NCBI GenBank assembly: GCA_963718895.1
Contig: CAVRAG010000008.1
Location: 736,001-800,000, forward strand
Direction of reading: 5' to 3'
DNA: 64,000 nt
From: an uncultured Nitrososphaerota archaeon
GTDB taxonomy: Archaea > Thermoproteota > Nitrososphaeria > Nitrososphaerales > Gagatemarchaeaceae
This document shows, piece by piece, positions 20,298 to 30,258 of this stretch. Under the pieces are notes generated by a model that saw nothing but the letters and a program-made list of their open reading frames with translations, was not told where the DNA came from and made no database searches. Both the position numbers and the translations under genes were made by a program. Within the stretch, counting starts at the first letter, position 1. Each line of letters opens with the position of its first letter.

Positions 20298-20475
20298 GTC
20301 TCCCTTTGTCCTAGGGCGGATATTTAGGCTTCCTGCCGTGTAGTGGTCTGTCCGCCGCCAATCAGGTTAGGAAGCCTCGCCTGTCCCGGGGAACGAGAGC
20401 TGGGATTACTATCGGGAAGTGAATCTCATTAGCGGTCAGGAATGGAAAAAAGGAGAGGGCCGAGTACAGTCTGTC

Positions 20476-21108
20476 CTAGACGCTGCCGTCAAGGATGATT
20501 ATGTACTCGGTGGATCCCGATTTCAGGTCCAGCGACAGGGTCGCGGTCGAGCCTACGAAGCTCCCACGGGCCGCTCCCTGCAGGATGAACGCGCCGCTAG
20601 CGTTCGTTGTCCCTTGTCCGGATATGGAAGAGGCCGATGGGCTCAGCACGCCGGAGCCCGATGAGACAGTGTATGTTGTGGTACCGACGACGACACTCCC
20701 AGTTATTGAGAGGGTGTATCCTTCGGTGAGGTTGCCGGAGACGGTGAAGACCAGGGATCCGGATGCTGTCCCGTTCGTGGTCTTGCTTCCGACCACGGCG
20801 TATTGGCCTGAGGTGCTCGTGAAGGTGATGGCTTGTCCGACGGCGACGTTGGCTCTGCCCTGGGTGTGGCCGAACCCCTGACCGCCACTTCCACGGCCGT
20901 CCCCCGCGTTAGGAGGTAAGCCCATTCCGAAGCCCATACCATTGGGCCATGGCGGAAAGGTCGAGCCGGTCGGTGCGCCTGTGGTCGAGGACGAGGTCGT
21001 CGATGTCTGCGCGTTTGCTGTCGACAATGCCGGGTAAGCCAGCAGCATCGCTATGATGCCTATGGTCGCTGTCATGACTGTCGCTGTCTTCGCGAACTTG
21101 GTTGTCAT
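20476..21108 (-). CDS. Secreted Ser/Thr/Gly-rich beta protein
   Basis: Signal peptide ANA|QTS; TAAATAT box upstream. Confidence 0.8.
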   Translation of the reverse strand: MTTKFAKTATVMTATIGIIAMLLAYPALSTANAQTSTTSSSTTGAPTGSTFPPWPNGMGFGMGLPPNAGDGRGSGGQGFGHTQGRANVAVGQAITFTSTSGQYAVVGSKTTNGTASGSLVFTVSGNLTEGYTLSITGSVVVGTTTYTVSSGSGVLSPSASSISGQGTTNASGAFILQGAARGSFVGSTATLSLDLKSGSTEYIIILDGSV

Positions 21109-21327
21109 TTTCGGAGGTCGAACCCCGCTGAGGATATTTACGGAGATTCCGGAATCGTTCCATGATTGCTAGAGAATCCCTCCAAGATGACCAAGCCTCA
21201 AATCAGGAACACATCCACCGTGAGGCAGATTCGCCGTCCATCTCTGGTCCGTCAGCTGGGCCATACCGGGCCGACCACGGAGGAGTTGTCCCGGAGGCAT
21301 CTGAGAGGGAAAAGAAACAGCCGGGGA

Positions 21328-21534
21328 TCAGGGGATCCCCGTGGCGGAACGGATCGGGACGGGACCGCCGGGAGGCAGACTCGAGTTCTCCATCGGCGGC
21401 TGAGTGCCTTGTTCGAGATCCTTCTTCTCTTCCTCGCCGCCTGAGTGGACTTGCCGATGTTTCACGAGCGCGTCCGCGTCCCTGAAGGTGGCTCCGCACC
21501 TGTCGCACTTGTAGGTGTTTTCTTGCTCTTCCAT
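21328..21534 (-). CDS. Small C2H2 zinc-finger protein
   Basis: YKCDRCGATFRDADALVKHRQVH. Confidence 0.8.
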   Translation of the reverse strand: MEEQENTYKCDRCGATFRDADALVKHRQVHSGGEEEKKDLEQGTQPPMENSSLPPGGPVPIRSATGIP

Positions 21535-21725
21535 TTGCCTTCGGGACAGCAGTCAATGGCGGGAATAGCTGGCTTTGGCAACAATCTTATGGAAAGCGCC
21601 GACAGAGTCGCGTGTTGCGCTGCGGAGTCAAGGATCCCTTGGGCCCAAGGACCAATCAGAACACGAACTTCAGGAAAGAAGGGATCTGGTTCCCGCGTCG
21701 GTCGTCCTCCAGAAGGGTTGTCCCG

Positions 21726-22046
21726 TCAGGGGATGATCGGCACGTAGGTCTCCACGTCACTTGGAGCCCCGGTCGTCCTGTACTTGTAGTACTCGTCGGC
21801 TGGAGGCGCCATGTCCCTCTTGAATTCGGTCTCGGCCTGAGTCTCTGATACGTTGAACCGGAGCGTGTGGCCGTCGAACCCCCTCACCAGGTACTTGGGA
21901 ATGAAGAACTTCGTCTTTGAGATGGTGCCCTTCTGGGTCAGGACGTAGTTAGTCCCGACCTCCTTCACCTCACCTAGGCTGAAGTCGTTCAGGCCCTTGG
22001 CTTCCTTCTTCACCACGCTGGTCCATGCGATTGGAGTTGTTTGCAT
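21726..22046 (-). CDS. Small hypothetical protein (PRC-barrel/DUF2171-like)
   Basis: LGEVKEVGTNYVLTQKG...FFIPKYLV.GFDG pattern. Confidence 0.7.
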   Translation of the reverse strand: MQTTPIAWTSVVKKEAKGLNDFSLGEVKEVGTNYVLTQKGTISKTKFFIPKYLVRGFDGHTLRFNVSETQAETEFKRDMAPPADEYYKYRTTGAPSDVETYVPIIP

Positions 22047-22229
22047 GCTTCAACAACCGCTGGACTGACTCAGCAGTTATCCAATTCTCTTACGACGCTC
22101 TAGGACGGAAGTTTTCTCTGTAATTCGCAGTCCGGCCTGAAGACGAAGCGGTCTCCTGCCCTTCTGCGCTTGTGTTTCGAGCTGAAGGACGGTCTCCATC
22201 AGCAGGTTTCAGATTGGGAAGGCGACATT

Positions 22230-22364
22230 CTAGGGTTCGTTCTTCTTCTCCGCTTTCCGCTTGTTGACAGTCGCGTAGCCAATCCGTTCTGCTTCCTGGG
22301 CCGACTTGCCTCGCTCCTCCTCAGAGACCATTATGTGCTTGGCCTCTCTGTCTTCCTTAGGCAT
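22230..22364 (-). CDS. 44-aa ChaB/'plasmid stabilization protein'-like stress peptide (not in ORF track)
   Basis: MPKEDREAKHIMVSEEERGKSAQEAERIGYATVNK resembles the HI.ES...RG.S..EAE..AWATVNK motif. Confidence 0.65.
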   Translation of the reverse strand: MPKEDREAKHIMVSEEERGKSAQEAERIGYATVNKRKAEKKNEP

Positions 22365-22403
22365 GAACCGGTGATTATTTCCCTTGGGCAAGATCAACAC
22401 CTC

Positions 22404-22574
22404 CTAGGTGTACACGACTCCGAAGACTAGGGTCAGCAGAAACAGCACGACGAACACCACAAGCAGTACCTTCGCAATCTCCATGCTGAATCCGGCAACG
22501 CCCCTGGCGCCAAACAAATAGGCGACGAACGCTATGACCAGGAACAGGACCGCGACTCCGAGCAAATCGACCAT
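22404..22574 (-). CDS. DUF1328/UPF0391 small membrane protein (not in ORF track)
   Basis: MVDLLGVAVLFLVIAFVAYLFGARGVAGFSMEIAKVLLVVFVVLFLLTLVFGVVYT; GATATAAG box upstream. Confidence 0.85.
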   Translation of the reverse strand: MVDLLGVAVLFLVIAFVAYLFGARGVAGFSMEIAKVLLVVFVVLFLLTLVFGVVYT

Positions 22575-22809
22575 ATCGGTTCATGAGGTCTTGCTCAGGT
22601 CCGCTTATATCGGGGAGCTAGGTAAGTTCCTAAAGAGTCTTCTGTCTTCCAGGACGCCGCCGTTCTCAAGGCAGAAGTGAGCCAATCAGGACCTGAGCTG
22701 GACAACCGTGCTGCGGCGCTTCCCTGTCCGCGAGAGGCGCAATACCCTGGGACGAGATGATAGAAAACTTCGACGATAGAAAGCTAATCGAGCGGAGATT
22801 TGCACGATC

Positions 22810-22977
22810 GTGAGCAGACAAGAAGCGGGGCGACGCAAGAGAGTGGAAGGTCAAGTTCGGGAAGATGTCGGCAAGCTCGTGGACGGCAAGTCCGAGCAGA
22901 CTCGCGGCAAGGGTGAGAAGCTCGAAGGAGAGATTCAGGAGGGCCTTGGGAAGGCAAAGCGGAACGCATCCAGATAA
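22810..22977 (+). CDS. CsbD-family stress protein (not in ORF track)
   Basis: VEGQVREDVGKLVDGKSEQTRGKGEKLEGEIQEGLGKAK fits the CsbD pattern. Confidence 0.8.
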   Translation: MSRQEAGRRKRVEGQVREDVGKLVDGKSEQTRGKGEKLEGEIQEGLGKAKRNASR

Positions 22978-23040
22978 TCCGACAGAGAGCCCATATCAAC
23001 CTAGGAAGAGAAATAGGCTGGTAGCCCGCAGGGGTTCGCC

Positions 23041-24126
23041 TTGCCAAAGCACCTCGACGAAGTGGATACGCCGGCCCTAATCCTCGACCTCGATAGGATG
23101 GAACAGAACATCAAGAGGATGGCCGCGTTCGCGAAGGAGTGTGGGGTCTCGCTCCGGCCCCACGTAAAGACCCACAAGTCCCCTGAGATAGCGAAGATGC
23201 AGCTCGCGGCGGGCTCGAGTGGTGTCAGCCTGCAGAAGGTGAGCGAAGTCGAAGTCTTTGCCGGAGCGGGGATAAGGGACATCTTTCTCACCAACGAGGT
23301 GATTGTGCCTCAGAAGCTCGAACGGCTCGCTCGGGTAGCGGAGACCGCCCACATTGGACTCGCCGCAGATGACGTCGATGTGGTCAAGACGATAGGGAGG
23401 ATCTTCAAGGAAGCGGGAGCTCGGTTGGACCTCTATGTCGATGTTGACACCGGCATGGGCCGGTGCGGAGTCCAGCCCAAGGACGCGCCCAAGATTGCGA
23501 CCGAGATAGCGAGACAGGAGGCTCTGGTCTTCAAGGGGATAATGGGATACGAAGGGAACGTTAACGGGGCCAAGACAAAGGAAGAGCAGGTCAGGCTCTC
23601 GAACCTAGCGATGGACAAGATCGTCTCCTCAAAGAAGGGCGTGGAGCGAGCCGGACTCAGCGTGGACGTGGTCAGCGTCGGGTCCTCCGTGAGCAGCTGG
23701 ATAAACGCGAAGCACCCTGCGACCACCGAGATTCAACCCGGAATGTATGCTCTAAACGACCACGTGCTGGTCAGCAGGGGAGTTGCGACGATGCAGCAGT
23801 GCGCCCTGACGGTGCTCGCGACTGTCATGAGCAAGCCGGCGAAAGATAGAGCGGTCGTGGACGCGGGCTCCAAGGCCTTCAACTTCGACACGGGGCTCTA
23901 TCCGATACCGTTGGACAGGAAGGGAGTGGTGATGGAGCACTTCTCAGAGGAGCACGGCTGGCTGCATCTCACCGGGGAGGGGACGAGCGTGAAGATCGGT
24001 GACAGAATCAGGTTCGTGCCCGCCCACTGCTGCACCGCGGTCAACCAGCACGAGCAGTTCATCGGGATTAGGGGAGACAAGGTCGAGAGAACGATCCCGG
24101 TCCTCGCCCGCGGGAAGATGCTGTGA
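23041..24126 (+). CDS. Fold-type III PLP enzyme, DSD1/D-threonine aldolase family
   Basis: TPAL, LRPHVKTHKS, GMGRCG, EIQPGMY, DAGSKA, SEEHG, PAHCC. Confidence 0.92.
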   Translation: MPKHLDEVDTPALILDLDRMEQNIKRMAAFAKECGVSLRPHVKTHKSPEIAKMQLAAGSSGVSLQKVSEVEVFAGAGIRDIFLTNEVIVPQKLERLARVAETAHIGLAADDVDVVKTIGRIFKEAGARLDLYVDVDTGMGRCGVQPKDAPKIATEIARQEALVFKGIMGYEGNVNGAKTKEEQVRLSNLAMDKIVSSKKGVERAGLSVDVVSVGSSVSSWINAKHPATTEIQPGMYALNDHVLVSRGVATMQQCALTVLATVMSKPAKDRAVVDAGSKAFNFDTGLYPIPLDRKGVVMEHFSEEHGWLHLTGEGTSVKIGDRIRFVPAHCCTAVNQHEQFIGIRGDKVERTIPVLARGKML

Positions 24127-24145
24127 GCCGAGTTCGGGATTTCCG

Positions 24146-25741
24146 TCACTCTGGCGGGATTTCCCTGAACCTGAGCATCAGGTCGACACCCTTGCTCTTC
24201 TGGTAGTAGTAGGATACAGCGTATATCGCCAGCCCTCCGACGAAGACGCTGGCCAATCCCGCCACGTAGTAGGGGTTGACAGCCGCCCCCGTGTAGGCAG
24301 GACTTGCTGCTGCTATCGCAACGAACACCCCCACGAGGAATGTGACCAGCCCCAGTATTGCGATGATTGGGAAACCGCCTATCTTCTTCTGGACGACAGC
24401 GGGGGTGCTCTGGAAGAGCGCCTTCTTCCTAAAGGGGAATATCAGCCCGCTCAGGCCAACGAAGGCTATCGAGAGGTAAAGCCCGGAGGTAGTGTAGGCG
24501 AGGAACGTGAGGACGTTCGCCGAGAAGATAGAGATGAGTATGTAGGCAAGCCCTATCACCGCTATCAGCGCCAGCGCGAAGTTCGGCGAGCCGCCCCTCC
24601 GACTCAGCTGCGAGAGCTTGGAGGGCATGACGCCGTCGAAGCTCCATGCAAAGACTATGCGTACCGTCGCCAGCACGATCGTCTCAAGAGAGCCGAGAAC
24701 GGAGGCGATTATTGCCAACGGCACGAGCACAGCGACTATGACGCTCGGGTTGGCGAAAATCACAAGGTAGGAGCTCACCGGGGGCGAGGGCAGAGTGTAT
24801 GCAGCGTTGCCACTGGAGGCCAAGAGCGCTGCGGAGTTGATGAACTGCCCTCCCATTATGGCGAAAGGAGCCTCAAAGACCAGGAAGACTATGACGGCGA
24901 AGACGAGGACCGAGCCGATCACGCCTATCAGCTGAGACCTCTGGCTCTGCTTCACCTCCCCCCCGATGTACGTCGAGAAGTTGTAGCCGAGATAGTTGAG
25001 GAAGCTGTAGAAGGTCCCGAGGGTTATCCCCGCCAAGGTAAACGTCGTCACGAATCCCGCCTTGTTGGCGGCGTCGATTATCCCCTGATAGCTCGACCCG
25101 GACATAGAGTTGAAGTTGCTCTGGAAGGTGCTCGGAGACGAAGTGGCGAGTGCGAGCAGGAAGACCGTGAGCCCCAGCGCGACCACTATGAACGTCACCC
25201 AGGTGTACCTGAAGGTGTTCTTGATCCCCACCGCAGCGGCTAGGACTACTATCCCTAGCACGAGCAGGCTGCCTAGAAGTATTGAGTTCTGACTAGTGAC
25301 GGCCGTAGCCATAGACATGTAGCTCGCGTTTCCCGTCGCTATCGCGAGGTTGTAGAACATTGTACCGAGACCGTACGTCATGAGCCACCCGGAGACCGGG
25401 CCGATGAAAGAGAGGAAGAATACCACGACCCCGAACGACTCCATGAATCCGACGGCCGGATGTATGATCCTGCTCACCCAGACATAGTCTCCCCCGGTCC
25501 TAGGGAAGGCTGTTGTCATGTAGTAGTACAGGACGGCTATCAGGATGTTGGGCACTAGCGCGATCAGGACGGTGATCGGGGTGTTGATCCCCTGGTAGGT
25601 TGCGCCCGCGAAGAAGATGTAGAGCAGGGGCCACGGCAGACCCATGTTGAGAAGGTTGAACATGAGGACATCCTTGGCGGAAAGATAGCGGACGAGCCCA
25701 GTAGCTTCCCTCACGAAGATGTTAGGCTTGGTGGCAGCCAA
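24146..25741 (-). CDS. APC-superfamily amino acid permease
   Basis: FVREATGLVR, PRTGGDYVWVSR, YIGGEVK, RIVFAWSFDG; about 12 TMs. Confidence 0.92.
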   Translation of the reverse strand: MAATKPNIFVREATGLVRYLSAKDVLMFNLLNMGLPWPLLYIFFAGATYQGINTPITVLIALVPNILIAVLYYYMTTAFPRTGGDYVWVSRIIHPAVGFMESFGVVVFFLSFIGPVSGWLMTYGLGTMFYNLAIATGNASYMSMATAVTSQNSILLGSLLVLGIVVLAAAVGIKNTFRYTWVTFIVVALGLTVFLLALATSSPSTFQSNFNSMSGSSYQGIIDAANKAGFVTTFTLAGITLGTFYSFLNYLGYNFSTYIGGEVKQSQRSQLIGVIGSVLVFAVIVFLVFEAPFAIMGGQFINSAALLASSGNAAYTLPSPPVSSYLVIFANPSVIVAVLVPLAIIASVLGSLETIVLATVRIVFAWSFDGVMPSKLSQLSRRGGSPNFALALIAVIGLAYILISIFSANVLTFLAYTTSGLYLSIAFVGLSGLIFPFRKKALFQSTPAVVQKKIGGFPIIAILGLVTFLVGVFVAIAAASPAYTGAAVNPYYVAGLASVFVGGLAIYAVSYYYQKSKGVDLMLRFREIPPE

Positions 25742-25776
25742 GTGACACTGTTTTGGGCATATCCGTTATTTATATC

Positions 25777-26853
25777 TTATTTCTTGAGGTTTTTTTCTTG
25801 TTTCCCCGATTTGGGGACGTTTCCGCTCAGCTGGGTGATGTAGAATAGGTAGGGCTGCGTCTGCGTCGGATAGGAATCGGCCGCCACGAAATTGATCCTG
25901 CAGACGACCATGCCATCGATGGGTGAGGATATTCTCTCCCTGACCTCCCCCTTGAAGTCCCATATCTCTCCCAGTATCTGTCCCTTGCTGACCTTCTCTC
26001 CGTAGTTCACTCTCGGGATGAACAGGCCGGCAGAGCGGTTGGCAACCAGGACCGGGTTCTCCAGGATGCTCACGTCTTCCTGGTACTCCGGCTTCCCGGC
26101 TAGCATCCCCAGATGCTTCATCACGTTGATCAGCCCTTCGTAGTGAATCGAGACCGTGTCATCCTCGAGCTTCCCTTCCTTCCCAGCCTCGACCATCGTG
26201 GCAGGAATCCCCCTGCTCGCGGCCTCCCAGTAGAGAGTGCCATCGGCTGTGACGGCGTAGGTCGTCCCTACGGGGGGGACGCTGGCGCTCTTGGAGGCCG
26301 GCAGAGCGTTCAGGTGATAGCGGACAGGGAAGCATGAGGCCAGCGCAGACGACCGGTCATCAATCTCCTTCCGGCCTGTTATCGGGACGTAGTTGAACGG
26401 GACGAGAGCTTCGTTGTAGTCGGCCCCGTGAAGGTGCACCACCGCGTCCCCCTTCAGCGCAATCTCGTGGAGGATCTTGTGAGCGATCTGGAACGTCACC
26501 GTCGCCCCGGGCGAGCCTGGATAGGCCCCGTAGGGGTTGACCTGGTCGATGGGGTTCACGAAGAGGTACCTCGCGTCGAAGGCGACGGGGTTGGCGAGCG
26601 GCACGATTATCACGGTTCCGGACAGCTCCGAGGCCTTAAGCCCGTGCGCGAGCTTCACGGCCGCGACGATGCCGGAGTATTCGCACCCGTGCTCCCCCGC
26701 GATCACGACAAGCGTGGGGCCCGCTTTCTTGCCCTGAATTATCGAGAGCGGCAGCTCGATGGTGCTCGCCGCCCTCTCGGCAACCTTGTACGACCCGTGG
26801 ACGCTCTTCCCTGGAACGCTGGTAACTTCTCCGATGCTGATCGAGGAGACCAT
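25777..26853 (-). CDS. Succinylglutamate desuccinylase/aspartoacylase (M14-like) deacylase
   Basis: GEHGCE zinc motif, VVHLHG, VEAG, C-terminal biotinyl-lipoyl-like domain. Confidence 0.88.
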   Translation of the reverse strand: MVSSISIGEVTSVPGKSVHGSYKVAERAASTIELPLSIIQGKKAGPTLVVIAGEHGCEYSGIVAAVKLAHGLKASELSGTVIIVPLANPVAFDARYLFVNPIDQVNPYGAYPGSPGATVTFQIAHKILHEIALKGDAVVHLHGADYNEALVPFNYVPITGRKEIDDRSSALASCFPVRYHLNALPASKSASVPPVGTTYAVTADGTLYWEAASRGIPATMVEAGKEGKLEDDTVSIHYEGLINVMKHLGMLAGKPEYQEDVSILENPVLVANRSAGLFIPRVNYGEKVSKGQILGEIWDFKGEVRERISSPIDGMVVCRINFVAADSYPTQTQPYLFYITQLSGNVPKSGKQEKNLKK

Positions 26854-26908
26854 TGATTGACGCCCCGGCATAGAATCCTGTCGCTTTAAACGGGAGGTAG
26901 GCACGAGC

Positions 26909-28264
26909 CTAGGAGGCCTTCCGGGCCCTCTGCACCGCTGCGATGGCGCGCTCCATGATGTCGAGGCCCGTACCGGCGAGTTCCTCCGTGATGTTCAGTG
27001 CGGGAGTAATCCGGAAGACGTTCCCGTAGAGCCCATCATAGGCGGTCACCAGGCCGTTCTGAAAGGCCCGCAGGCAGGCGCTCCTTGCCGCTTCGACCCC
27101 GGGCTCCTTCGACGTCTTCGAGACGACAATCTCGACACCTATCAGGAGTCCCAGGCCCCTGACGTCGCCGACGATCTCGTACTCTTCCTTCATCCTCAGG
27201 TAGCGATCCTTCATCAAGGATCCTACCCTCGCAGCGTTCTTCCAGAGCCGCTCCCGCTCAAGGACGCGGATCATGGAGAGCGCGCCCGCGCATCCGAGGG
27301 GGTGCCCGGCTCCCGTCATGACGTGGGAGCCGTGGGGCCAGTCCATCACCTCGCTCCTTGCGACGCACGCGCTGACGGGTGTTCCTCCGCCGAGGGGCTT
27401 CCCGAGGAGAAGGATATCCGGTTCCAGCTTCCAGTGATCCGATGCGAACATCCTCCCCGTCCGTCCGAACCCTGTCTGGACTTCGTCCACAATGAACATG
27501 ATGCCGTGTCTCTTGCACAACTCCTGCAATCCCTCCAGGAAGCCCTCGGGCGGCATGAGAACACCCCCGTCTCCCTGAACCGGCTCGACGAAGATGCCTG
27601 CGACCTCATCCGGAGGAGCTACCGTCCGGAAGACCTGTCCCTCGAGGTAGTCCAGGACCCACTGACCAGACTCCTGCCCTTCCTTCGAGCGATACGGATA
27701 CGGAAACGGTATATGCGTCACCTCGGGGACGAGGGGCGAGAAACCTCTTACCGTTCCCGCGCTGTAGCCGGAGACCGAGAGCGCGCCGTAGGTCCCCAGG
27801 CCGTGGTTCGAACCCAGGAACGAGATGAATCGTTTGCGCTTGGTATGCCACCTTGACAGTTTCATCGCGGTGTCGGTGGCGTCGGCCCCCGAGAGTCCCA
27901 GCGAGATCTTCTTCTCATACTTCCCCGGGGTCATCCTCGCGAGCTTCTCGCAGAGATGGACCACCACCTCGTCGTAGAAGTAACCAGGAATCGGCTGGTA
28001 GGTCGCCAAGCCATCCGCCTGTCGCTTCAGCGACTCCACTATCTCGGGGTGGTCAATCCCCAGCGCCTGGGTCGCCGCTCCGGAGTTGAAGTCGAGAAAC
28101 ACGTTGCCGTCGACGTCCTCGATGAGCGAGCCTTGCCCATCCTTGATGACGAGGGGCAGATACCTCCAGTTCGACTGCGAAACAACCTTCTCGTCCCGCG
28201 AGATGATCTCCCTCGCGCGCGGACCAGGAGGCTTGACCTTGATCGAGGGTCTCGTGTATTTCAA
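26909..28264 (-). CDS. Class III PLP aminotransferase (GABA-AT/acetylornithine-AT/racemase-like)
   Basis: EPVQGDGG, DEVQTGFGRTG, GKPLGGG, DVRGLGL; TTG start MKYTRPS. Confidence 0.92.
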   Translation of the reverse strand: MKYTRPSIKVKPPGPRAREIISRDEKVVSQSNWRYLPLVIKDGQGSLIEDVDGNVFLDFNSGAATQALGIDHPEIVESLKRQADGLATYQPIPGYFYDEVVVHLCEKLARMTPGKYEKKISLGLSGADATDTAMKLSRWHTKRKRFISFLGSNHGLGTYGALSVSGYSAGTVRGFSPLVPEVTHIPFPYPYRSKEGQESGQWVLDYLEGQVFRTVAPPDEVAGIFVEPVQGDGGVLMPPEGFLEGLQELCKRHGIMFIVDEVQTGFGRTGRMFASDHWKLEPDILLLGKPLGGGTPVSACVARSEVMDWPHGSHVMTGAGHPLGCAGALSMIRVLERERLWKNAARVGSLMKDRYLRMKEEYEIVGDVRGLGLLIGVEIVVSKTSKEPGVEAARSACLRAFQNGLVTAYDGLYGNVFRITPALNITEELAGTGLDIMERAIAAVQRARKAS

Positions 28265-28342
28265 ACCAGGTTGTCTGGAGCAGTGGCAGTTCCTGATAAA
28301 AAGGTTGAAATGCACTAAACGAAAAAGACGCACGAGAGAAAG

Positions 28343-29743
28343 TTGGGCGACTCGAAGATAATCACGCCTCCTCCAGGACCTAAGGCAAGAAAGCTCATCG
28401 ACAGGGAGCTGAAGCTGCTCCATCAGCCCTCGATAGACAGAGTGTACCCGATCTTCACCAAGAAGATCGAAGGCGCGGTCGTAGAGGATGTGGATGGAAA
28501 CTGCTATCTGGACTTCGCGATCGGTTCGGGCAGCATGTCCCTGGGCGGAGCTCCAGAAGGGCTGGTGAAGACGATAACGGGAAGGGCCGGGGAGCTTGCC
28601 CACGGATCGTATCCCTACCTCAACCCCGCCGTGATAGAGTTCGCGGAGAAGCTCTCGTCAATCGCTCCCGGCAAGACCAAGAAGATGATTGCCATGCTCT
28701 CGACCGGAAGCGAAGCGGCAGACTTCGCATTTAGGGTGACGAGAGGCTTCCAGAGGAAGCCCCAATTCATAAGCTTCATAGGTGGCCACCACGGCTTCTC
28801 GCTCGGCGCGCTCGCTCTCTCGGGCCACTACGCCGCAATGTTCAGGAACCACCCTCACCTAGTTCCAGGGATCACGCACACCCCCTACGCATACTGCTAC
28901 CGGTGTCCGTTCAAGCTGGAGTATCCCAGCTGCGGGCTGGCCTGCGCAGATTACATCGAGGAGACTCTGCTGACCACTATCTCGCCGCCCGAGAACACGG
29001 CGGGACTCATAGTGGAACCCATACAGGGACCCGCCGGCATCATCCCGCCCCCGCAAGGTTGGCTCGAGCGAGTCTACGAGATATGCAGGAAGAACGGCAT
29101 CCTCTACATCGACGACGAGGTCTTCACCGGACTAGGCAGGACCGGCAGGATGTTCGCCATAGAGGAGCACCCAAAGATCGAGCCGGACATGATGGTGCTG
29201 GGCAAGACTTTGGGCGGCGGCGTCCTCCCTGTCAGCGCCGTGATAATGAAGGAGAAGATAGCTATGAGCATCGAGCCTGGCGCCACTTCGAGTACTCTTC
29301 ACGGGTATCCGCTGGGTGCGGCGGTAGCCACGAGAGTGATCGAGACGATTCAGGAGGACTCCCTGCTTGCCAGCAACGCCAAGAACGGCAGGCACTTGAT
29401 GAAGAGATGCCTCGAGCTCCAACAGAAGCACGAGTGGATCGGGGACGTCAGGGGAAGGGGGCTGATGGTCGGCCTCGAGTTCGTGAAGGACAGGAAGACA
29501 AAGGAGCCGCTCCGCAAGGAGGTTAGGGACATCGCTTGGCGTTCGGTCCAGAAGGGGCTGATCTTCGAATGGTTCGGCCTGAAGGGAAACGTAATCAAGC
29601 TCTATCCCAACTACTTCGTCACGCGCGAACAGATAGACGAGGGCCTCGACATCCTTGACGAAGCGATAACAGACGTCGAGAAGGGCAAAGTGTCCCCTAC
29701 GAACTTCGATTCGGCGTACGTGGTCTCAGCAGGGTGGATGTGA
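28343..29743 (+). CDS. Class III PLP aminotransferase (divergent paralogue)
   Basis: EPIQGPAG, DEVFTGLGRTG, GKTLGGG, DVRGRGL. Confidence 0.92.
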   Translation: MGDSKIITPPPGPKARKLIDRELKLLHQPSIDRVYPIFTKKIEGAVVEDVDGNCYLDFAIGSGSMSLGGAPEGLVKTITGRAGELAHGSYPYLNPAVIEFAEKLSSIAPGKTKKMIAMLSTGSEAADFAFRVTRGFQRKPQFISFIGGHHGFSLGALALSGHYAAMFRNHPHLVPGITHTPYAYCYRCPFKLEYPSCGLACADYIEETLLTTISPPENTAGLIVEPIQGPAGIIPPPQGWLERVYEICRKNGILYIDDEVFTGLGRTGRMFAIEEHPKIEPDMMVLGKTLGGGVLPVSAVIMKEKIAMSIEPGATSSTLHGYPLGAAVATRVIETIQEDSLLASNAKNGRHLMKRCLELQQKHEWIGDVRGRGLMVGLEFVKDRKTKEPLRKEVRDIAWRSVQKGLIFEWFGLKGNVIKLYPNYFVTREQIDEGLDILDEAITDVEKGKVSPTNFDSAYVVSAGWM

Positions 29744-29810
29744 GGGCTAGGTCGCGTCGAGCCGAGCTCCTGCACACCTTGCTAGCACCCGCCTATAGCA
29801 AGTCTGGCGA

Positions 29811-30176
29811 TTAGGATCCCAGATTCTGCGCCAAGGCAGACCCCTCGGCCGCTCCGGACCCGATGTTCGTCGACACAGGCTCCCCTTCTTGGGACGCTGA
29901 GTCGCATTCGCACCCGTCTCTATTCTCGCAACCACTCCCACAGTCGCAGTCGCATTTGCTGTCGCACCTGCAACTGCAGTCACTCCCAGCGGTCGAGCGG
30001 GAGGCAAGGGAAGCCAAGAACTCGGTGTACGACAAGAACGCGAGGTTGGATAGGTATGCGAGGTACTGGGTCAGATCAGCCGGCGCGCCCAAGGGAGCAG
30101 GCAGAGCATTAGTCGCGTTGCTCGGGTTCTGACCTTCGGCTCCCCCTGTGGCTTTTCCAGTGTTGTTGATTGTCAT
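29811..30176 (-). CDS. Small protein with a metallothionein-like Cys cluster
   Basis: DCSCRCDSKCDCDCGSGCENRDGCECD (9 Cys); CATATA box about 25 nt upstream of ATG. Confidence 0.55.
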   Translation of the reverse strand: MTINNTGKATGGAEGQNPSNATNALPAPLGAPADLTQYLAYLSNLAFLSYTEFLASLASRSTAGSDCSCRCDSKCDCDCGSGCENRDGCECDSASQEGEPVSTNIGSGAAEGSALAQNLGS

Positions 30177-30258
30177 GGGAAAAACCGGTCACTCTCCCTA
30201 TATGTGCATTTGGAGCATTCCGACCTGTGTTTCCGCAGAGTACCTCGCGGTAGGGCGG

